Part shown: piece by piece, positions 56,502-64,000 of the stretch | How positions within the stretch are numbered: position 1 is the first letter of the stretch | How the letters are laid out: each line of letters begins with the position of its first letter | Made by a program: the position numbers and the translations under genes | DNA from: Oikopleura dioica | Lineage: Eukaryota > Animalia > Chordata | NCBI GenBank assembly: GCA_907165135.1 | Contig: OU015568.1 | Coordinates: 16,565,208-16,629,207 of the forward strand | Direction of reading: 5' to 3' | DNA length: 64,000 nt | Notes under the pieces: generated by a model | What the model was told of the DNA's origin: nothing | Seen by the model: the letters and a program-made list of their open reading frames with translations, nothing else | The model's database searches: none

Positions 56502-59500
56502 ATGGTGAGTGAAATGAAAAAAAAAATGATTTTTTTTTTGAATCTGTGGAATTATAATTTTGAATTTACGGAAATTGATGCGTGCAGTGCCAAATCGATC
56601 GATCAAGCGTTTCATTGTTAATTTTAATGAAAAATCATTTTGAAGCTTGAAAAAAATGAGCTCGTTTTTCAATCAGCGTCTTTTCAATATTTTAATTGAC
56701 GTTAGTTCAAGAGAGGATTTAAAAAAGAGCGCGTGAATAATTCTTTTTAGGGAAATGAACACAGTCTTCCGCTCGAGATGTGCTCTCACTTCGACTCCGA
56801 CGAGATCGCCAGACTTGGCAAGCGATTCAAAAAGCTCGATCTCGACAATTCTGGCTCCCTTTCTGTCGACGAGTTTATGAGGTAAAGTTTAGTCTGTTTT
56901 TCTTCCCGTCAAAATTCGTAGCTTGCCGGAATTGCATCAAAACCCGCTGGTGCAACGAGTGATAGAGATTTTTGACCAAGATGGAAATGGAGAAGTCGAT
57001 TTCAAAGAATTCATCGAAGGAGTTTCCCAGTTTTCTGTCAAGGGCGACAAGGATTCCAAGCTAAAATGTAATTACAATCTTAACTGGAAGCTAATGAAGG
57101 CATGAAAAGCAATAAGAAGCAAAGTTGCTTTATGAGAACCAATCAGAAGCTCTCATTCTTCGCTTGAGCCAATCAGAAGCTGTTAAACTTTCAAAGGACC
57201 AATCAAAATCCAGTTTTTGGTTGATAGAACCTATCCATAACTATAATCTTTAATTTCTTTGTTCAGTCGCGTTCCAAATTTACGACATGGACAAAGACGG
57301 CTTCATCTCGAACGGAGAGCTCTTCCAAGTTTTGAAAATGATGGTCGGAACTAATCTCAAAGGTAAACAATTACTGTTCCTCTCTTCGAAGCCACATCAT
57401 GAGAACTGGAAAAAGTCAGCATTACTCACTCTCTCTCAACTTTAGACACTCAACTACAGCAGATTGTTGACAAAACGATTATTTACGCAGACCAGGATGG
57501 CGATGGAAAGATCTCGTACAGCGAATTTTGCGCCGTAAGTACTTGACTTTTTTGATAAAAAACAGAGATGTTCTTTGGTGTGTTGTGCACACTAGAATTC
57601 CTCCGACACCTGTAGCAGTAGTGCGCTCAGTAGGATTTTCAATTCACCAGTTATTTACTCATTTTCCGAAGGTCACGAGTGACGTGAGTATTTCAAATTC
57701 AAAATTAATGATTCCCTAATTCTCTAATTCAAAGTGATATTTATTGATTCTATCGAACAGTGATTTGTTTCAATCTTAAACAAGAGTTCCTAAACAGCCC
57801 TCCATGAAGCAGTCTTCATTCGGGTACTCGTACGGGTAGTGATGAACGAGGGTAGTCTGAAGTTTAGAAATACGCTTTTGAAACCCTTAATCTTTTTTCC
57901 AAACCTGGGTAAAGTTCATGGGCAATCCGGTATGATCGTTGATTCCAAGATGATGGGTGACTTGGAAGAAAGTGGCTTGGTAGAATTCATCAGTTTTCGG
58001 AAACGAGACTTTTACTCGATTTTCATCGAGTTGGGTCGGGTTCTTCGGATTCCACCAAATTCGTTCGATCTTAATTTTCTCCAAGAAATCGAATTCTTCA
58101 AGAATAGCATCGGGCAGTGGCGGGTCATCCTCATATCGAGCTCTTGCCAGTCGGAAATCTAATTTTTTTGTAAGCAAAATTTCGTGTCTTTCATTATTTT
58201 ACCGAGTCTGGTGTTTCCCCGGCTTTGAGAAAAGCGCCCTCAGCTTCCCAATCTCCGGTTGTTTCGGCAATCAATCCAAATCGCTCATCATCGTCATCGG
58301 TGGTCCAAGAAATTTGGGGAATATCGAGTCCTTTGTTTACTGCCAGAAAGAAGTAGGTCATCGCCCACTGGATAAAAGGAGAGGATCTTCCTTGCCCGAT
58401 CATTTCGTGTTCGCAATTTGGCATTGTTCTGATTCGGCATTTAGCTATTTACTGAAATGTTTGTCTTACCTGAGATAAACTTGTGGCAACTTATCGTAGA
58501 AATACTTAGCATCAGTGGGCAAGAAAAACTCATCCCCAGCGGACATGATCGCGTATATAGGCATTGTCAGGTTGTCCTTATAGCTAATTGGGTCGATGTG
58601 CTTGCACATTTCGTTGAATTCATAACTGTCCATGTATTTTGTCAATTCCTCGCGCATATAGTCCGCAAAAGCAAAGCTCCAGCCTCCCAGCGCTTGGAAA
58701 TGCCCGTGCAAGACATCAGACATGCCCACAAAGGTCTCGACAGCGGGCATGATCGCATTCACTCGTGGATCAACACCACCAGTGATCCAAGTCGTCCAAC
58801 CTCGTTTGGACGCGCCGGTGATTGTGAACTTGTTGATTTCCTCGCGACCTTCTTGCATGTTGAACTGGCTGATTGCGTCCATGCCTTTGACGACAGACTT
58901 GACCATGGGGAATCGAAGAAGCCAGTGTGGCTCGTCGATTTGTGGTCCTAAATTGGGCGTGTCGATGAATCGTTTCCAGGTGTAGGCGATAATTGCATCC
59001 TCTCCTCTTCCACGAGAGATGTAGTACTCGTCCCAGTCGTCGACGAAATACACCCGTTGATTCGGAACAAAGTAGATATTCGCGGCAATCGCTCCACTTT
59101 CTTTGGCAATTTTTCCAACAAACGCTGCGTTGAGATTTTCCTCTGGATAAATAGGGTTGCCTCCAGTGCTAGGGTTGAATCCACCATCAATAATTAGCAT
59201 GGCAGATCCAGCCATTTGCGGGTCGAGATTGTGGGGAACGGCGATGCAGAGCAAATGCCACCAAATTGGAGCGCGAACGTCCCGGTCGGTTAGCCACTGC
59301 TGGGCGGTAATGTTAAGGGTGTAGAAGTCGAATCCATCGTAGACCTTGGAATCGACAACGTCCCATTTGAACATGCCATCGTCCCAAGCGATGTAGTCGA
59401 AAATATTTCGAAAGTTGGGGTAATACGGCCGGCTGAGTTGATCAACTGCCATTCCCACGCCGGCGTAGAGATCAGCGTAGGCTTGAGAAATTTCATCTTC

Positions 59501-61046
59501 CTCGCACGAATCGCAATTTAGATTCACACCGAAAGAGGGAATATTTCTATATCGTTCGGCCATCTCGTGAACGTGATCTTCTGGTCGTCCGCCAGCGCCG
59601 GTTCCTTGAGTCCAAGAGTACTTTTCTGTTGAATTTCGACTCATCGATTGGGCAATTTTTCGAGCCCATGGCTCCAGCTCATTCCAAAATCGGGACTGTT
59701 TGTCGGAGGAATATGGCCAGGAAACAGCCACCAGGCTTCCGTCAGCTTCAACAGATAAGAACTGATCAGGGAATTTGCTTGGCCGTCTCAATAGATCCTC
59801 CAGCGCTTCTGTTTCTTTCTCGCTACTGGGTTCGTATCCTGCGAATTGATCAGAACAGGGATTGTTGTCCACGAATCCGTAACTCCAACTGCTCGTGTTG
59901 AAGTTGTTTTGAATAGCGGTTCCAACGCAGCCAGATCCGTCTCCGTGTCGCTGTCTGTTCTTCGTCCAGAACTTGTCTCACACGAACTAAACAACGTCTG
60001 AAAAATAAAAAAAAAAGAATTTAGGGATCTTGTGATCCTTCGCGGGCGACTTTTTTGTTTGAGCTCGTTTCCTGAAGTTTGCGCGTAATCATAACCGTCT
60101 GGATTGAGAAGGGGGATTACTAGCCAGTTAAAGTCTTCGAAATAGGGATTCCTTCCGCTAGAGAGATCGTCGATCAACTTGATACAGGATGCGACACCGA
60201 GCTGGTCATTTCCCTTGGCTCCGCATTGAATCGCGATGAGCTGAAAAAATTAGAGAATAAAATGAAGCAAAAAATTTCAAAGCACATAGCTTTCGCTCCT
60301 TTCGTCTTTACCTTTTCATTTGAAAAATTCGTCTTCTCATAAGCTCGTAAATTTCTTCCCTCGTGAGTAAGTCCAAATACATCAGCCCCTAGCTGGCGTA
60401 GCCAAAAGTCAATGTCGGCGTAGCTATTAAACTTGTCATAGTCGAGAAACTGACTCAAAGCCACCAGGGGTAGGTAGCTTAGAGCAAAAAAAGACCTCAT
60501 TCACCACCGAAAAAGGGGACTAATCACCATCACTCCGTCTGATTCGCGGCGTTATTAGTATCGACATATGTTTTTATTCCCAACCAGAGAAATTTTCATA
60601 ATAATTTGTTCTATTTTTCTGTATCGGCAATTATTGATTTTACGTTTTTTCTGAATCTATTTGAGAGCGGCAAATAGATTGAAGAAACAATATGGCCTGT
60701 TTTTAATTGAGACGGGGGTTGGGTTTTATACGAAATTGAGGGGTTTTCAGCCAATAAAAGGGGAGTTTTCGTTGTCTTGGCCAATCAAAGAACGCCTACA
60801 ACTCACGTAGGTTGTCACATTCCATGTCCTTGTAAAAGGCAACCAAACCTTATTTCTTATTGGCTGAAGACTTCCTGACTGTAATTTACGGTCATATTTG
60901 AATAGATGATGTACTCCTCCTTGATCTCAATTTAAACAGAACCATGATTCATGAATCACTTTTGCACCACGGTTACTAATAATTTTCTTTAGCTCGTCGA
61001 TTCATCTGGACTTGATGTTCACAAAAAGATGGTCGTCGACGTCTAA
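56502..61046 (+). CDS. PPP3R1: Calcineurin B regulatory subunit; ATG-only first coding exon; last intron 57535-60992
   Basis: ATG|[69 protein letters not shown]|..[12 protein letters not shown]. Confidence 0.96.
57776..60500 (-). CDS. Secreted fusion of a degenerate M14 carboxypeptidase domain and a PqaA/AprA-family alpha/beta hydrolase, nested antisense in the PPP3R1 intron
   Basis: Signal peptide; [40 protein letters not shown] (M14 scaffold); SQQWL-like [42 protein letters not shown], ending CLGTLV*. Confidence 0.85.
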
Positions 61047-61615
61047 CTCGTCCCCTGCAATGATCTCAAGAGCTGCATGATCTGACAAACTTTCCCAAAC
61101 TCAAACACAAGCAAACCAAAAAAAAACATCGTCGTACTGTTTTTTATTATCCAAACCTCTTTTGTTGCCGCCCAAGATTCAAAAATCTTGAAATACCGTT
61201 TCATCAATACTAAATATATATATTTATAATTCCGTTTTTTTTTTCAATACAAATAATGAAAATGTCTTCAAATATTCAAATATTGCTTCAAGCTGTTCCT
61301 TTTCTTACTTTTGCGATAAATTAGTTCGATAGTTTCAACGTAAAACTATCAAATTAAAAAAGTACTGTTGTGTTTCCAAGAAAAATACCACCGTGTTCCT
61401 TTCAAAAAATTTCCCTGTCGTTTCATTTTCCTTGTTGATTTCAAAAGCGAAGAACTGGGTTCGTAAAAAATGAATCTTTCAAATTTTTGAAACAACGTTT
61501 TTTCAGAAAAGTTACTCAGTTTTACCTGTGTTTTCGTTTACATCCTGAAGAGGCGCAAATAAACGGATTCCAATTCAATTGAAGAAAGAAAACAAGAAAC
61601 AAAGAGATCTCTAAA

Positions 61616-64000
61616 ATGGCGAAAAAGACTTATGCCAAGGTTTCAATACGGAAAATCCTCTCTAAAAGCGCTAGAATTCGCGCTCAAGTTTCATATTTAA
61701 CCTTTTGAAGACCTGCTCTTCAAGCTCCTCCTCATCGGCGACTCCGGTGTTGGAAAAACATGTGTTCTTTTCAGGTAAGAGGCTGCGTTCGTCCCTTTTT
61801 CATCCCTTTTCAAGATTTTCGGACGACACATTCAACACAACATTTATTTCCACGATCGGCATCGACTTCAAAATCAAGACCGTCGAGCTCCAAGGAAAGA
61901 AAATCAAGCTTCAAATTTGGGACACTGCCGGTCAGGAGCGATTCCACACAATCACCACCAGCTACTATCGGTAAGATAGAGTACAAAAGTGTTTTTCTAC
62001 CGCTCCTCGCCCAAGGCGCTTTGGCCGAGTGGTTACTTCGTTACTCAAAACTCTTTTCAACTCCTGAACTCTGAAAAAGTCCCGCGGGGAGGAATCCCCG
62101 TCGCTCGTTATTTCCGAGCAAACTACTCCCGCTCTCGCCTTTTGTTTCATTTTTCAATGTCATCATTAGTTAAACAATCTCAAGACTTCCTAATCCCCTT
62201 CTGAATTCATTGACAGAGATGGATCGTGAGGTCACGGGATCGAGTCTTGTCGGAGGCTTGTTTTTTCGGCTTATTTTGGTCTTATAATTTTGATTTATTG
62301 TTATTCAATTTGACAGTAATTTGAGGCTAGTAGCCTCAAACAGTGTTATTTCTTTGATAAACTTAGTTGAAGTGGCATTATTTTTCAGCATTTGCTGACG
62401 CTATAATCAAAGAAGGCGCGTGATCGAATCACGATGAAACAGATTATTTTCAGTTCGACACTCATTTTCAAGACTAACCCAGCCTTTTTGTTACTCGAGC
62501 TCAAGGCGCTCTGGCCGAGTGGTTACTTCGTTTCACCGACTAGCAGTCTCCAGTTTCGTGAGGGCGTCCAGTCCAAAGCATGATTTCAGGATCACTTCCA
62601 TGGGAATAAATTCCCATCGCTCAATATCTTGGCATACTACTCCCGCCGTCGCCTTTTGTTCTTTTCAAGAATGTTTTGAAAATGATTAGGGCCTTTCATA
62701 AAATCAACAACAGTCAACCGATCTGATTTTTATGCATTTTTTGGTTTATTTTTTCATGTCATTCTGTCATGTTCCCACTGGCAACACTAAATTTGCAGTG
62801 AGGGCCGTAAAACTTAGGGGTACAAGTACAGTAAGGAACTGCGAAAAGAGTTTTAGGCCATTCGTGAGTCCCATATCTGACACCACATGAACCCCCATTT
62901 TGACAAGGATTTTCCGAGCAGGGCGTAAGTTCGCAAAATTTTCCGCTGAATCCAAGAGTACAGGAACATCGGGTTGAATATGTTGGCTCCACGTTGCGAG
63001 TAGCAGCGTGTGGCAAGCTCATGCAACGACCGGAATTTTCACAGGGTCGAGTGGTACAAGATTCGTTTTTCTCTGAATTGCTTGGATTCTGGAGTGAAAA
63101 AGCGCAGACGACAGTTATGGCGAAAACAATCATCGAAATGCTGAAAAATGCAACTGCTTTTTTCGTTCTTGAGTTCACACATCGCCGAAAGAAAGATGGT
63201 TTTTCTTCTTCCATGTCAAAATTTTCATATTTCATATTTAGAAAAGTCCTAATATTATCGTTCTGCTCTTTTATCTCCAGCATTTATTGAGATCGAGCCT
63301 GAACCATTGAGTCGGAACTATCCTCGCTTTTGTATTTCTGTAGTACCCTTATCGGCGATAGCTTATCTGTTAAATTTGTCTAACTTCAATGAAGAGCTAC
63401 TTATTCTTAACTTGAATCACACTGATTCAACGGCAAAGCCCCAGTTCTCGGGCAAAAAGCAAGTTTCTCAAGGCGAGTGCTCAAGGCGCTCTGGCCGAGT
63501 GGTTACTTCGCTACCAAAACAAGCAAATATGTTTCCAGTTTCTGACAGGATTAGTCCACGGGAGTTCCCGTCGCTCATCATGTGAGCATACCACTTCCGC
63601 ACTCGCCTTTTGCTATTCTTCATAAAAATGATGAAGGCCTTATCATCAAATCGAGTGTCATGCTGTTTTTTTTTGAACAACAGAGCTACGAGGTCGAACC
63701 CTCAGCTGAACCTCTTTTTTACGTGACTAAAATCATTCTTTCAGCGGAGCAAACGGAATTCTCCTGGTGTACGACATCACGCAGCCGAAGACATTCGACA
63801 ATATTTCAAAATGGCTACGAAATATCAACGAGCACGCGTCCGAAGATGTCGAAAGGATGCTGATAGGTAAGTCGCTCATTTCTCCCGCCGATTCAGCTAA
63901 TGACACTCTCAGGAAATAAATGCGATATGGAAGATAAGCGTTTAATATCGGAGGAGCGTGGGAAGAAAGTCGCTGAAGAAAATGGAATTAAGTTCTTTGA
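61616..64000 (+). CDS. RAB10: Rab10 GTPase (runs off the window end)
   Basis: MAKKTY|[74 protein letters not shown]|[17 protein letters not shown]. Confidence 0.93.
62015..62143 (+). ncRNA. Vault-RNA-like Pol III RNA, copy 1 (~129 nt)
   Basis: 5' GGCGCTTTGGCCGAGTGGTTACTTCG (A-box plus GGTTACTTCG), 3' CGAGCAAACTACTC..CGCC followed by TTTT; the two ends are complementary. Confidence 0.6.
62505..62657 (+). ncRNA. Vault-RNA-like Pol III RNA, copy 2 (~153 nt)
   Basis: Same 5' motif, 3' GCATACTACTCCCGCCGTCGCC-TTTT, and internal hairpin ATGGGAA/TTCCCAT. Confidence 0.6.
62759..63283 (-). CDS. Single-exon type II membrane protein with two EGF domains, nested antisense in the RAB10 intron
   Basis: 174-aa ORF with [22 protein letters not shown], then [25 protein letters not shown] and [25 protein letters not shown]. 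Confidence 0.8.
   Translation of the reverse strand: MLEIKEQNDNIRTFLNMKYENFDMEEEKPSFFRRCVNSRTKKAVAFFSISMIVFAITVVCAFSLQNPSNSEKNESCTTRPCENSGRCMSLPHAATRNVEPTYSTRCSCTLGFSGKFCELTPCSENPCQNGGSCGVRYGTHEWPKTLFAVPYCTCTPKFYGPHCKFSVASGNMTE
63485..63611 (+). ncRNA. Vault-RNA-like Pol III RNA, copy 3 (~127 nt)
   Basis: Same 5' motif, 3' GAGCATACCACTTCCGCACTCGCC-TTTT, and internal hairpin ACGGGA/TCCCGT. Confidence 0.6.

Noticed and set aside
62015-63611. tRNA-Ser/Leu genes or C/D and H/ACA snoRNAs
   Set aside because: The A-box resembles tRNA, but there is no anticodon arm or GTTCRA T-loop, and no consistent C/D or H/ACA boxes across the three copies.

Overview
Eukaryotic, gene-dense DNA with many 35-70 nt introns, several GA-AG or GC-AG introns and operon-like gene spacing. 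These traits point to the larvacean tunicate Oikopleura dioica (inference). The first ~34 kb is an accessory, duplicated, transposon-rich region. It holds two tandem secreted Thr-rich genes, two paralogous Cys-rich/kelch-like membrane genes, a read-through double (kinase-like + papain-like) gene, and a NEK-like kinase interrupted in its activation segment. It also holds several non-autonomous hAT-type elements with 8-bp TSDs; two of these carry head-to-head satellite arrays (57-bp and 158-bp units). The 34.5-50 kb region holds a multidomain serine protease, a cytochrome P450, CUB and EGF-ZP genes, an inactive protease homolog and an Ig-superfamily receptor. The 51.6-64 kb region is a co-oriented conserved cluster: TARBP2/PRKRA, RIIAD1, SURF2, calcineurin B and RAB10. 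Its introns host two nested antisense genes and three structured Pol III-like RNA genes resembling vault RNA. Strongest leads: the intronic vault-RNA-like trio, the kinase/papain-like tandem fusion, the dead-carboxypeptidase/PqaA fusion nested in calcineurin B, foldback hAT elements built from hairpin satellites, an exonic MITE that could splice out in frame, and 30-bp-phased CCAAT arrays. All coordinates and splice models were read by eye, with no database searches.
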